DNA of 64,000 bases. It comes from Prorocentrum cordatum (Eukaryota). Shown here piece by piece: positions 1 to 10,089 of the stretch. Below the pieces are notes generated by a model. It made no database searches and was not told the origin of the DNA. It saw nothing but the letters and a program-made list of their open reading frames with translations. The position numbers were made by a program, and so were the translations under genes. The DNA lies in NCBI GenBank assembly GCA_963575745.1, contig CAUYUJ010000001.1:620001-684000 (forward strand). The letters run 5' to 3'. Positions within the stretch are counted from its first letter, which is position 1. Each line of letters begins with the position of its first letter.

Positions 1-752
1 TCAACAAACACTTGCCCACGCAAGACATGCAGCACGAAACGCGACGAACTTTGCAATAACGCGCCGTAATCACGCCTCAGAGCCGTGTACCTATTAGCGT
101 GAACCACGGGAGCGCAGACCGAGCAACACTGTTACCATCAGTGCCACCAGCGCGTCGCGACAGAAACGTTGCCACCCCTTGCCATTTGGGCGCCCGAGGG
201 ATCTACAGATAGTTTTTTTCCGGAACAAACCTCCCGTAGGGCCCCTTGGCACACGAGGCTCCTCCGGGGTCCCAAAACAGCCTCCAGGGAGGCCCCCCAG
301 AGGCTCCAAACCCGACCACAATACGTACACACGCCAGGAGCCACGTACATACAACATCAAACCACATGAAAGCAGGACGGTACCTCCCCGTCTGACTTCA
401 AACCAAAACGACGGCACACCATGATGTACATGTGCCCTCACCATAGTTTCTATAATAGATCAAAACGACTAGTTTGAACACAAGACGCATTGAAACAGGT
501 GTCGTCACCATGCACCATGGGCTGCACAACGGTCGCCACCACCACAGTTCCGAATCAACACAAGTCATTGCACGTACAATATCCAGGCAACTGTCCATAC
601 CGCAGACATGCAGACCGGAACCGCTCTGTCGAATTACAAACGAAGACGCGACCACCTCATTACATGCCTCTGCCCATACCACTCGTCTCCCTCGTCCTCA
701 TCGTCGTCCTCGTCCTCCTCCAATTCTTATTCCTCCTCCTCCTTCTCCCCGC

Positions 753-880
753 CTTGACGCCACGCGGTCCCAAGAGCGCCGTTAGAGGGAACCTCAGCCC
801 GGTTTTTACCGAAAAACCGCCCTGCAGCCCCTGTGGGGACTGATACAGAAAACCAGCGACGAAATCGCCTTCTCCAGAAA
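753..880 (+). repeat. ~125-bp diverged direct repeat, second copy at about 6661-6790, each copy adjoining (TCC)/(GTC) tracts
   Basis: gcggtcccaagagcgccgttagaggga...gcagcccctgtgggg versus gcggtcctaagagcgccgctagaggga...gcagcccctgtgggg. Confidence 0.8.
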
Positions 881-960
881 ACTCCTCCCCCTCCTCGTCC
901 TCGTCGTCGTCCTCGTCCTCCTTCGCCTCCTCCTCCTTCTCCTCCTCCTCCTCCTCCTCC

Positions 961-982
961 TCCGTAGCCATTTTGGCTCAAG
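961..982 (+). other. Full-length dinoflagellate spliced leader (DinoSL) sequence, genome-integrated
   Basis: TCCGTAGCCATTTTGGCTCAAG matches the DinoSL consensus DCCGTAGCCATTTTGGCTCAAG at 22/22 positions. It is followed by ATG, not by a GT splice donor. Confidence 0.97.
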
Positions 983-3900
983 ATGATTTCGCCCCGTGGC
1001 AGAGCACGGAGACCCTTGGTCCAGGGACAGCTAAGGACACGCTTTCATATCCTCGCCTTCCTGCTGCCCAGCGGGTTGAGCTTCATATTTGGTGCTGCAT
1101 CCGCCTGCAGACACCTTCACGCGCAATACGCAGAGGCTGGCGCGGGCCTCAGATCGCCGACGTCGCCGACATGGGTCCTCCCGGAGACTGCCTGGCCAGC
1201 GCTGCATCGACCCCTCGTGACGGAGCCACCGACCCAGTCAAGCGACAACAAGACCCATGGCATGACAGCGCATCCAAACTCGCAGTTCACGACCTTCCAG
1301 CACATGTTCGGAAGCAGCTCGAGGAGACCATGGCCGCCCAGATCAAAGACGCCACCGAAAAGTTCGAGGCCACAGCCAAGGCAGTCACAGCAAAGGCCAG
1401 CTCAGAGTTTCTTGCCTCACTCACGCAGATCACGTCCGACCTCAGCAGACGTCACGAAGCCACAGAACGAGATATCACCGCAGTCAAGCTCCGCACCAAC
1501 GTCCTGGAAGAGCAGAACTTCGAACTCAAGGCCGCCGTCGCCAAGCTGGAGTCCATCATCACAGCAGCAGAAGCACGCGCTCCCGCCCTCAACCTGGACG
1601 GCTTGGGCAGCTGGGACCGCGACCCCGACATCACCACCTTCTGGTGCAGCAGCCCGCAGGAGTTCGGTCAGCAACACCTTGAAAAAGCTCTCACCCCATG
1701 GTTCCAGGCAGCCAACATCAAGAAGGACATGGTCATCTTCAACACGGTCGGCCCTTCCAAGCGCCACTCGTTTCAGGTCAGCGGTGGCACAGTGGTGGCG
1801 GAACCTCGGGCACAACGTCTTCATAATGCTTTGCGCAATGGAAAGGATTGGCGCACATTCACTCTCGATTCTGGTAATGATAAATACGTTCCTCTATATG
1901 TCTCCGCCGACAAGAGCCCGAAGGCCGTCCGCACGGAGGTCCAGATCAAGCGCCTCGCCAAGATCATGCAGAACGTCAAGCCAGACCTCGATGCTCGCTC
2001 ACACAGAACCCTGGGCTACATATCGTGCCGCGGCGAAGCTATGGTTCGCCTTATTGTTGGCAGCAATGCTGATGTACCTACTGAGCTCCAGTGGTCACAG
2101 GCTGCCAACAGACATGGAATTTCCGAAGACGACCAGAAGCATATCGCTGCCGAGTTCATCAGCAACTTCGCATATCCCCTCTCCGCCGCACAGTGGCTTT
2201 AGCCTTCGGTGGAGCCCATGGCTCCTGAAGCCCTCTCAGGAGGGCCTGAACATCGCCTTCTGGAACGCGCAAGCGCTTCTTGGACACTCCGCCCTACGTC
2301 GCGCCGACAAACGACAGCAACTTTTACCATATTTTCGCCAACGAGCTCTTATCGCAGTGCAAGAGACTCATGGGGCCCTGGACGACCTCAAGCTGCTGGC
2401 GAACTCTACCCAGCATCGGTACAAAGCTTTTCACTCGCCCGTGATGGTTAACGGCGCGCCCGTGACTAACGCTGGCGGCATTGGCTTCCTCGTTCCCTAC
2501 GACAAGGCAGAGCTTCAACTTCCTCCAGACGAACGGCCTCAGCTCAGGTTCGAGGTCGTCATCCCTGGCCGAGCCGCCTGGCTTCGGACCACGGATGCCA
2601 GCCTCCAGCACGAAGTCACTGTCCTCAACATTCACAACTTCGGCTTGACTCCAGCAGATCGGCTTCTCTTACGTGATCAATGGCACGCTCTTCGCCAACA
2701 TGCTGACGAAGTCCCTCAGCAGCGGCTTCTAGTCATCGTCGGCGACTTCAACGTCTCCGAGTTCCCACCGCGATCGATTAACACGCCTGTCGACCCAGAC
2801 ACCACAGCATCACAGCGTTATCAGTGCCAACCTGTCTTCTGGCGCAACCTGTTCCGCGACGTCATCGAGATTGTGACTCCCTCGACGACACACAGATCGG
2901 AGGCTAACAACAACGAATCGACTATTGACCGCTGCTTCATCAACTTGCCCAGCCACCTCATGCCTTGCATGGAAACTGTCTACATCGCCGACGACGCCCC
3001 CCTCGAGAACCCCAAGGGCCCCGTCAGCGACCACAAGATCATGCACCTGCGCATCCGTCTCCGCAAGCCCAAGAAGGTCACCGAGCGCGGCATCCCCGCG
3101 TACATCTTCGACACCGACCACTACAAGCACCACGTCTCCAAAGTGCTCGCCACGGTCGACATGTCTATCCTCGCTCCCACGGCGCGCTGGAGGGCCTTGA
3201 AGGCAGCCATGAGAGTTGCCGCTGCCAGAGCCCGTGACACGCTTCTCAAGATCCCAGCCGCCGAACTATCATCACAAAATGCTACTGTCAAAAAGGAAAC
3301 CAGGGCCATGACACTACGCAGCATCGCCAGGGCCGTATGGTACCAGAACGCCCCCCTCGCCCAGACTTTGATCGACAACACCGACATCGGCAAACTGCAC
3401 TTGAAGATTGACGGCCGCACCGTCAGCATCAACGACATGCGCGACTTCTCCTCGACCACCGACGCCACGCACGCGAGCCTCAGTGACGAGCGCAAGGCCC
3501 TCTCTGCAGCACGCTCGCGAGCCGCTTTCGCCTCCAACAATGTCCAGCTCGGTCAGAAGTGGCGCCAGCGTGCCAAACGGGAAGGCCTCCGCGGCGAGCT
3601 CTGGAAGCCATTCTCCAAGCGGCTCGTCCTGACGGGCGTCAAGATCATCGCTGGCGGCGTCACCAACATCGTCTCCGACCCCGCGACGATGCATCAGGCC
3701 ATCATGCGCCACTGGGCCCCCGTCTTTGCTGCAAAGCATGTTCCCGAAGATGCCCTCTCCAACTACCTCGACTCGATCTTCCCCAGACGCGCGCTCACCC
3801 ACCTCGACCTACCTGACGCCCAAGCTCTTGAGAAGGCTGCTCGCCTGGCTGGCGACTCCGCACCAGGACCCGATACACTACCTTACAAAGCATGGCTACG

Positions 3901-6577
3901 TACTCCCGACAGCTTCGACATCCTCGCCGACTTCTGCCGTGACATCGCCACCAGACGCGCACCGCCTCACGACCTCAACTACTCCCTCATGGCCATGCTA
4001 CCGAAGGGCGACGAGCCCTGCGGCAATGCTGAGTGCACCCGTGCTCCAGAGTGCCTACGTCCGCTTTCAATGAAGAGCTCGGATGTGAAGCTGATGGCAT
4101 CCGCCGCCAACCGGCAGCTTCACGCCCTCGCAGCCGAGACGTCCCCCGAGCAGCAGGGATTCGTCAATGGCCGCCAGTTTTTGCGTAACGTCGTCGTGGT
4201 TGACGCCGCCGCTCGACGTCACAGTCTTTCACCTAATGCAGCTACTGACAAGCCCGTCTTCGTCAGCATGGACATCGCGGCCGCCTTCCCCAGCCTCGGC
4301 CACCACTGGATGTGGAATGTTCTCCAGCGGTGGGGCATCCATGGACACATGCTACGCCTGCTTCAGGCTTGCTACCACTGGCCTGTCTCCTACCTGGACC
4401 TGGGAGGTGCACGCCGCCCCCTTTTGATCGCAGCATCAGGAGTCGCTCAGGGATGTCCGTTGAGCGGTGCGATCTGGGCACTCGTCTTCGACCCCGTCAT
4501 CAGAGCCCTCACCAGCGAGCTCTCAGCCATCGAGCGCGGTCTGGTAAGCGCAGGCGCTGACGACCTCGGCATCGTCCTCGCGAGGCTCGCGGACATCAGC
4601 AAGCTCGCGCCGCGCATCATTGCGGTGGAGACTCTCGCGGGTCTGTGCCTCCAGGCCAAGAAATGCATCGTGGTCCCGACCTGGACGCTGCCCACTCAGG
4701 ACATCATTGCAGAGATACGTCAAGTACTTGCTGCCGCCCACGCTCCCTGGGCCGCCTTCAAGGTTGAGTCCAGTGCCCGATGCCTCGGCTTCTTTATTGG
4801 CCCTGGCGCCACTCTTGATGACCAATGGCGCGGCCCTGCTGTCAAGTGGTGGGGCCGCGTCGAGAAGCTTGCCGCGTCCCACGCTCCTATTCAGCAGAGC
4901 ATCGAACTGTGCAGCGTCGCTGCCGTCACGGTCCTTGGATACGTAGGCCAGCTATTCGAACCCTCGGCGGGCATCCTCCAGAAGGAGCTGCAGGCCATCC
5001 ACAAGTTGCTGCGCGTTGCCCCGTCCAGCTTCGCGAAGTCCGACATCCTCGCGATGTCCCTCTGGACCAAGGCTGAGGTCCCTATTGGCATCGAGAACTA
5101 CTTGGCGGCCACTATGTGGCGTACTGCCACCGCCACGGTGGCAGAGTGGCGCGACGCAGCCAACGCGCTCTGCGACGCCGCGTACGAGCATCTCCCCCTC
5201 GTCACAGTGCAGCGCGGCCACTGGTGCAGCGAGTGCTGGTCCATCAAGACGTCCATCGTCCAACGTTTCGAGCATATCACCAATTCTACCTTCTTCCCCG
5301 ACTGCAAGGGCTCCCACTTAAAGAGGCTGACCCGCACAGCTGGCCCTCTTCCTCGCGCCCGAGCCGCTATGATTGGCATCCACAAGCGAGCCGCGCGTGC
5401 TGGAATGCAGGCACTTCTACAGCAGCAACATGAACCGCGCCGCCGCCGAGCCACACAGATCACGCCGCAGAAGGCCTACATGACGTCCCTCAACGAGCAG
5501 CTCTACACCGACACGATGGCAGACACCATAAAGCGGCGTCTCCTGTCCTGGTTCCCGCCCCTTGACCCTGCGAAGTCGCTCGCCAGGGAGCCGCTCAGCG
5601 GGCCTCGCCGAAACGCCGAAATCGTACAAGAACGTCTGGCAGACCGCGCTCGCGCGTGGGCCGCCCACTGGCTCCCCGACATCCTGCTCAATGACCGCGC
5701 GATCGACAACCGCCCAGACTGGATGCAGTGGTGCACGGAGTACCTGTGCGAGCTTCTCGGGTCCGAGACCTTTCGCCCGCTTTACGCCACCTCCACTCGC
5801 CGTCGACAGATCGCCATCGACATGTGCCAGCAGGCATTGGACAACAGTGGCAGAATCCTCCTCGAACACCGTCTCTCAAGAACACGGACCCGCTCAGATG
5901 AACCGAGCAGCCAGATTTCGCTACACCAGCATGAAGCTGCCCAACATCGCGCCCGCCGCCGCTGGGTCGCCAACTTTCTCCCGTGCCAGCTGCCCGACAC
6001 CGACATCAGTGATGCCGACATCCCCGAGGGCGACGAAGACCCTCCTGATGACGAGGATGAGCCGCCTGATCTTCTTCGTCTCCAGCGGGTTCCCGCCGAC
6101 CTACCAGCTCGCTGGAAACGTCTGCGCACCTACCTGGATACGCAACCGCCCGCACGGATGTGGGCCACAGTGAAGGCCCTCGTGGGCGCATGGACCACCA
6201 GCTACCGCATGCATGTCATCCAGGACAAGCGCCCCTGCCACTTCGGGTGCACGCACCAGCTCGCCAAGGACAACATTCAGCACTACATGACTTGCGAGCG
6301 CATGTGGCACCAGCTGAGCCTGCCCCGCGGCCAGCTGAGCGCCAACCTTCTCACGCGCATGGCGCTCCCCGAGCTGTCGCACCCGTTCGACGGCGAGAAC
6401 GGCATCCCGAACTCCGCCACGCGCCTCGCCGTCGCGACGCGGGCGTACCACCTCACCAAGGACTACCCCCTCCCGATGTCGTACCACAACCAGAACACGG
6501 CCTTCGCCGCCGCTCGCCGCGCCCTCCAGCTTCCTGCTGACTTGAGTGGAGGTGCGGGCGCGCCGCGGCGTGGCTAA
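983..6577 (+). CDS. LINE ORF2: AP-like endonuclease, reverse transcriptase, C-terminal CCHC knuckle (true start uncertain: ATG 983 or ATG 2114)
   Basis: APE motifs FWNAQ (2261), QETH, VGDFN (2741), IDR, SDH (3026). RT motifs PGPD, RPLS, QQGF, DIAAAFPS, GVAQGCPLSG, GADD (4553), CLG (4781). C-terminal CHFGC...HYMTC (6236). No stop in 1864 codons. Confidence 0.93.
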   Translation: MISPRGRARRPLVQGQLRTRFHILAFLLPSGLSFIFGAASACRHLHAQYAEAGAGLRSPTSPTWVLPETAWPALHRPLVTEPPTQSSDNKTHGMTAHPNSQFTTFQHMFGSSSRRPWPPRSKTPPKSSRPQPRQSQQRPAQSFLPHSRRSRPTSADVTKPQNEISPQSSSAPTSWKSRTSNSRPPSPSWSPSSQQQKHALPPSTWTAWAAGTATPTSPPSGAAARRSSVSNTLKKLSPHGSRQPTSRRTWSSSTRSALPSATRFRSAVAQWWRNLGHNVFIMLCAMERIGAHSLSILVMINTFLYMSPPTRARRPSARRSRSSASPRSCRTSSQTSMLAHTEPWATYRAAAKLWFALLLAAMLMYLLSSSGHRLPTDMEFPKTTRSISLPSSSATSHIPSPPHSGFSLRWSPWLLKPSQEGLNIAFWNAQALLGHSALRRADKRQQLLPYFRQRALIAVQETHGALDDLKLLANSTQHRYKAFHSPVMVNGAPVTNAGGIGFLVPYDKAELQLPPDERPQLRFEVVIPGRAAWLRTTDASLQHEVTVLNIHNFGLTPADRLLLRDQWHALRQHADEVPQQRLLVIVGDFNVSEFPPRSINTPVDPDTTASQRYQCQPVFWRNLFRDVIEIVTPSTTHRSEANNNESTIDRCFINLPSHLMPCMETVYIADDAPLENPKGPVSDHKIMHLRIRLRKPKKVTERGIPAYIFDTDHYKHHVSKVLATVDMSILAPTARWRALKAAMRVAAARARDTLLKIPAAELSSQNATVKKETRAMTLRSIARAVWYQNAPLAQTLIDNTDIGKLHLKIDGRTVSINDMRDFSSTTDATHASLSDERKALSAARSRAAFASNNVQLGQKWRQRAKREGLRGELWKPFSKRLVLTGVKIIAGGVTNIVSDPATMHQAIMRHWAPVFAAKHVPEDALSNYLDSIFPRRALTHLDLPDAQALEKAARLAGDSAPGPDTLPYKAWLRTPDSFDILADFCRDIATRRAPPHDLNYSLMAMLPKGDEPCGNAECTRAPECLRPLSMKSSDVKLMASAANRQLHALAAETSPEQQGFVNGRQFLRNVVVVDAAARRHSLSPNAATDKPVFVSMDIAAAFPSLGHHWMWNVLQRWGIHGHMLRLLQACYHWPVSYLDLGGARRPLLIAASGVAQGCPLSGAIWALVFDPVIRALTSELSAIERGLVSAGADDLGIVLARLADISKLAPRIIAVETLAGLCLQAKKCIVVPTWTLPTQDIIAEIRQVLAAAHAPWAAFKVESSARCLGFFIGPGATLDDQWRGPAVKWWGRVEKLAASHAPIQQSIELCSVAAVTVLGYVGQLFEPSAGILQKELQAIHKLLRVAPSSFAKSDILAMSLWTKAEVPIGIENYLAATMWRTATATVAEWRDAANALCDAAYEHLPLVTVQRGHWCSECWSIKTSIVQRFEHITNSTFFPDCKGSHLKRLTRTAGPLPRARAAMIGIHKRAARAGMQALLQQQHEPRRRRATQITPQKAYMTSLNEQLYTDTMADTIKRRLLSWFPPLDPAKSLAREPLSGPRRNAEIVQERLADRARAWAAHWLPDILLNDRAIDNRPDWMQWCTEYLCELLGSETFRPLYATSTRRRQIAIDMCQQALDNSGRILLEHRLSRTRTRSDEPSSQISLHQHEAAQHRARRRWVANFLPCQLPDTDISDADIPEGDEDPPDDEDEPPDLLRLQRVPADLPARWKRLRTYLDTQPPARMWATVKALVGAWTTSYRMHVIQDKRPCHFGCTHQLAKDNIQHYMTCERMWHQLSLPRGQLSANLLTRMALPELSHPFDGENGIPNSATRLAVATRAYHLTKDYPLPMSYHNQNTAFAAARRALQLPADLSGGAGAPRRG
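1171..2202 (+). CDS. LINE ORF1 protein (coiled coil plus putative RRM-like nucleic-acid-binding region)
   Basis: First in-frame ATG at 1171 (the frame is open from 973). Heptad-like stretch LTQITSDLSRRHEATERDITAVKLRTNVLEEQNFELKAAVAKLESII. Position upstream of APE-RT is typical of ORF1. Confidence 0.8.
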   Translation: MGPPGDCLASAASTPRDGATDPVKRQQDPWHDSASKLAVHDLPAHVRKQLEETMAAQIKDATEKFEATAKAVTAKASSEFLASLTQITSDLSRRHEATERDITAVKLRTNVLEEQNFELKAAVAKLESIITAAEARAPALNLDGLGSWDRDPDITTFWCSSPQEFGQQHLEKALTPWFQAANIKKDMVIFNTVGPSKRHSFQVSGGTVVAEPRAQRLHNALRNGKDWRTFTLDSGNDKYVPLYVSADKSPKAVRTEVQIKRLAKIMQNVKPDLDARSHRTLGYISCRGEAMVRLIVGSNADVPTELQWSQAANRHGISEDDQKHIAAEFISNFAYPLSAAQWL

Positions 6578-6579
6578 GC

Positions 6580-6611
6580 GCGGACGAACCTTCCTTCAAG
6601 GTTACGTTCGC
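6580..6611 (+). other. 3'-terminal stem-loop of the LINE
   Basis: GCGGACG-AACCTT [CCTTC] AAGGTT-A-CGTTCGC: 13-bp stem with one G-U pair and one bulged A. It fills almost the whole 3' UTR. Confidence 0.75.
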
Positions 6612-7083
6612 TCCTCCTCCTCCTCCTCCTCCTCCTCCTCCTCCTCCTCCCCCTCCCGATCCTGGCGCCAGGCGGTCCTAAGAGCGCCGCTAGAGGGATC
6701 GCCAGGCCAGTTTTTACAGAAAAACTGCCCGGCAGCCCCTGTGGGGGCGGACAGAGAAAACCAACGATAAACACCACCCCCGCAGAGGAGTCGCCGTGGT
6801 CGTCGTCGTGGTCGCCCCTGCCGTCGACGTCGTAGTCGTCGTCGCACTCGTGGTCGTGGTCGTGGTCGTCGCCCATCCTCGGACGCCACCGCTGCTGGCG
6901 GGGGCCGAATGCCCTGCTGCGTCTGGCCTGGTCGACGGCAGCGCCGCAAGAGACAGAAGGAGGAGGAGGATGAGGAGGAGGAGGATAATGCGAGAAAATG
7001 GGGAGTAGACGAGGAGGAGGAAAGCTTCCTTCCAGATACAAGGGCCAAGATTAGAAGGCGAAGCGCAGCGAGCCTTACAATCT

Positions 7084-7114
<31 letters not shown>

Positions 7115-7285
7115 GTACATGTGATATACGTAGCACCCCGCAGATGCGGATAAGAGTGTGGGGGCGGTGGGGACGTCGGCAGTTTGTGAGATTCTGGAGA
7201 AGCCCGCCGCAGGCTCCAAAGTTTCACAAAGTATACAACGAGCCCGCCGCAGGCGCAGATTTTTTCGTTGAACCAATGTGGGTAG

Positions 7286-7460
7286 GTCACGGGTGGGTCG
7301 CGGGTGGGTCGCGGGTGGGTCGCGGGTGGATCGCGGGCGGGTCGCGGGCGGGTCGCGTGGTGGGTTGCGGGTTGGATCGCGGGTTGGGTCGCGGGTTAGG
7401 TCGCGGGTTGGGTCGCGGGGTGGGTCGCGGGGTGGGTCGCGGGTGGGGTCGCGGGTGGGA
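7286..7460. repeat. ~12-bp minisatellite (GGGTCGCGGGTG)n
   Basis: Direct inspection. Confidence 0.85.
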
Positions 7461-7474
7461 CGACGACAATAAAC

Positions 7475-7523
<49 letters not shown>

Positions 7524-7526
<3 letters not shown>

Positions 7527-7751
7527 CATTTTACCCGAACGCTCAGTGTTCTCACCAGTGCCAGGGTTTTCATGCGACGCGAGACAATACCCCCACTTCG
7601 TGGGGGGGCAGTTCAAGCTCTACCAAATATCCAAACGACTCTTCGCGACCACCCAAACCCAGCTTCCCGCCCTATGACGTTGGGACACTTCACTTCGTGG
7701 CGTGCGGACGACCGTGGCTACTACACTGGCGTGGGGTACACACCCACAGAA
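7524..7751 (-). mobile_element. 228-bp SINE-like element with (GTT)n tail, copy 1
   Basis: Highly similar to 8694-8921. Both copies abut (AAC)n and end at the same base. Confidence 0.55.
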
Positions 7752-7879
7752 CTTGGTCACTTATTCGGGGCGCGCGTGTGCCCAGCATCCTGCAATTGTG
7801 ACATACAATACATGACACAGACAGACAGAGAGAGAGACAGAGAGCAGACAGAGAGAGAGACAGAGAGAGCGGAGTTGGT

Positions 7880-9595
7880 CACATTTTTGGGGCAAGTTCC
7901 TGAGATCGTCGTGTTTTTTGTTGGTCTTGCGCGCGCGAATGTCCACTTTACTTTTTTTTGCAAGGGATGTTGAAATTTGATTATGTAAGAACAAGAAAAA
8001 GTAGCTCGCGCGAGCTTATGTAACATAAATGTTGAAAAACCATTGGTTTTGTGGGAGTCGGACAGCGCGCGCGGGATGAAATTTGGACATTTTTTTTTGA
8101 AAAACCATTGGGTTTTTGATGTTTTTATGTTGAAATCGTTACGAAACCTAAGGTTCTGGAAGGATTTCGTCTTGCGCGCGCGAATGTCCACTTTACCTTA
8201 TTTTTTGCAAGGGATTATTGAAATTTGATTATGTTAGAACAAGAAAAAGTAGCTCGCGCGAGCTCATGTAACATAAATGTTGAAAAACCATTGGTTTTGT
8301 GGGATTCGGACAGCGCGCGCGGAAGGACATTTTGACAATTTTTTCTTAAAAAACCATTGGGTTTTTGATGTTTTTATGTTAAAATCGCTACGAAACCTAA
8401 GGTTTTGGAAGGATTTCGTCTTGCGCGCACGAATGTCCACTTTACCTTATTTTTTGCAAGGGATTCTTGCAATTTGATCAAGTAAGAACAAGAATTTTCA
8501 TTTTATAGTGTTTTTTGCAAGGGAAAACGGAGTACAACAAAAAACCGGATCCGGTAACAATCCACTTTTCTGAAGCTTTCGCGAAAAAATGATGAAAATG
8601 TAGCTGCGGCCTAGGCGCGGCGCAGGGTCGCGCACCAGGGGTCCCAACAATAATAATTCTTTAGAAGGAATAATATTCAACAACAACAACAACAATCACT
8701 TTACCCGAACGCTCAGTGTTCTCACCAGTGCCAGGGTTTTCATGCGACGCCAGCCAATACCCCCACTTTGTGGGGGGGCAGTGCAAGCTCTACCAAATAT
8801 CCACACGACTCTTCGCCACCACCCACACCCAGCTTCCCGCCCTATGACGTTCGGACACTTCACTTCGTGGCCTGCGGACGACCGTGGCTACTACACTGGC
8901 GTGGAGTACACACCCACAGAAGTTGTTAGGACAGCGCGCGCGGGTAGAAATTTTGAAAAGTCGTGCAGGTGTTTTTCGAGGACCTACGGTGCGATTCGTG
9001 TGATTTTATGATGCGCGGTGCTAAAATTCTTAAGAAGCCCAATGGTTTTTGGAGATTTCGGCGTGCGCGCGCGAAGAAAAAACGAATGTGTCCCGCATGG
9101 TATTATTTGACAGGGATGATGGCCCTGGCAGGTGCGCAACCGTTGTCGCAGAAGTTCGAAAAAGTTGCTCGCAAAAGCCCGTTTGACAGAAATGTTTAAA
9201 AAGTGTTGGGTTTCCTACGAATCCGCAAGAGCGCGCGGGATGAGATTTTGACAGTTTTTTGTTGAAAAACCATTGGTTTTTTGATGTTTTTATGTTAAAA
9301 TCGCTGCGAACACTAAGGTTTTGGAAGGATTTCGTCTTGCACGCGCGAATGTCCACTTTACCTTATTTTTTGCAAGGGATTCTTGAAATTGGATTACATT
9401 TGAACAAGAAATTTCATTTTATAGTGTTTTTTGCAAGGGAAAACGGGGGGGAACAAAACAACCGGATCCGGTACTAATCCACTTTTCTGAAGCTTTCGCG
9501 AAAAAATGATGAAAATGTAGCTGCGGCCTAGGTTTTGGAGGGGGGTCGTGTACCAGGGGTCCCAACAATAATTATTCTTTAGAAGTAATAATGTT
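7880..9595. repeat. AT-rich repeat family in two blocks (about 7880-8676 and 8930-9595) with internal ~240-bp subunits
   Basis: Recurrent gcgcgcgaatgtccactttaccttattttttgcaaggg and aaaaaccattgg. Shared end ccaggggtcccaacaataat...agaag. Confidence 0.85.
8694..8921 (-). mobile_element. 228-bp SINE-like element with (GTT)n tail, copy 2
   Basis: Duplicate of 7524-7751, offset 1170 bp. Confidence 0.55.
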
Positions 9596-9660
9596 CAACA
9601 ACAACAACACCAACAACAACAACAACCAACAACAACAACAACAACAACAATAACACCACC

Positions 9661-9692
<32 letters not shown>

Positions 9693-9757
9693 CACCAACA
9701 CCAACAACAACAACAACAACAGCAACAATAACAACAACAACAACGACGACGACAACA
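9596..9757. repeat. (AAC)n/(ACC)n microsatellite
   Basis: Direct inspection. Confidence 0.95.
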
Positions 9758-10089
9758 ATCACATTACCCTCATGCGTGGTGTTCCTACACGAAGCATGCG
9801 ACCATCATGATCACCATCCCCATCATGGGGAATTATTGTTCTATAGCGGAGTCCGCTATTCTCATTCCCAGATATCCCGCCCAATGAGGTCTTGCAAACA
9901 CCTCCGAGGAATTTCGACATATCTCGCCTCGAAAACGCATGCCCGCGCCTTGCCCTTGCTGCGCCGATGCGAGACCGCCAGTGGAGCCCCAGCGAAGGGT
10001 AAAGCACAAGGAAATATCGAACGACAGGATTGCCTTGGTGGGGATGGAGGCTGTCGGCCGCGAGGCAAGGACTTGGCCCTGAATAGAAA

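Larger units (their letters stand above)
961..6650 (+). mobile_element. Full-length non-LTR retrotransposon (LINE, APE-RT type) with 5' DinoSL, 3' hairpin and (TCC)n tail/target
   Basis: Two overlapping intronless ORFs (coiled-coil ORF1; APE+RT+CCHC ORF2), sharp boundaries against TCC microsatellite on both sides, no LTRs. Confidence 0.93.

Noticed and set aside
961..1050. SL RNA gene
   Set aside because: The SL is followed by ATG and LINE sequence, not by a GT donor and SL intron.
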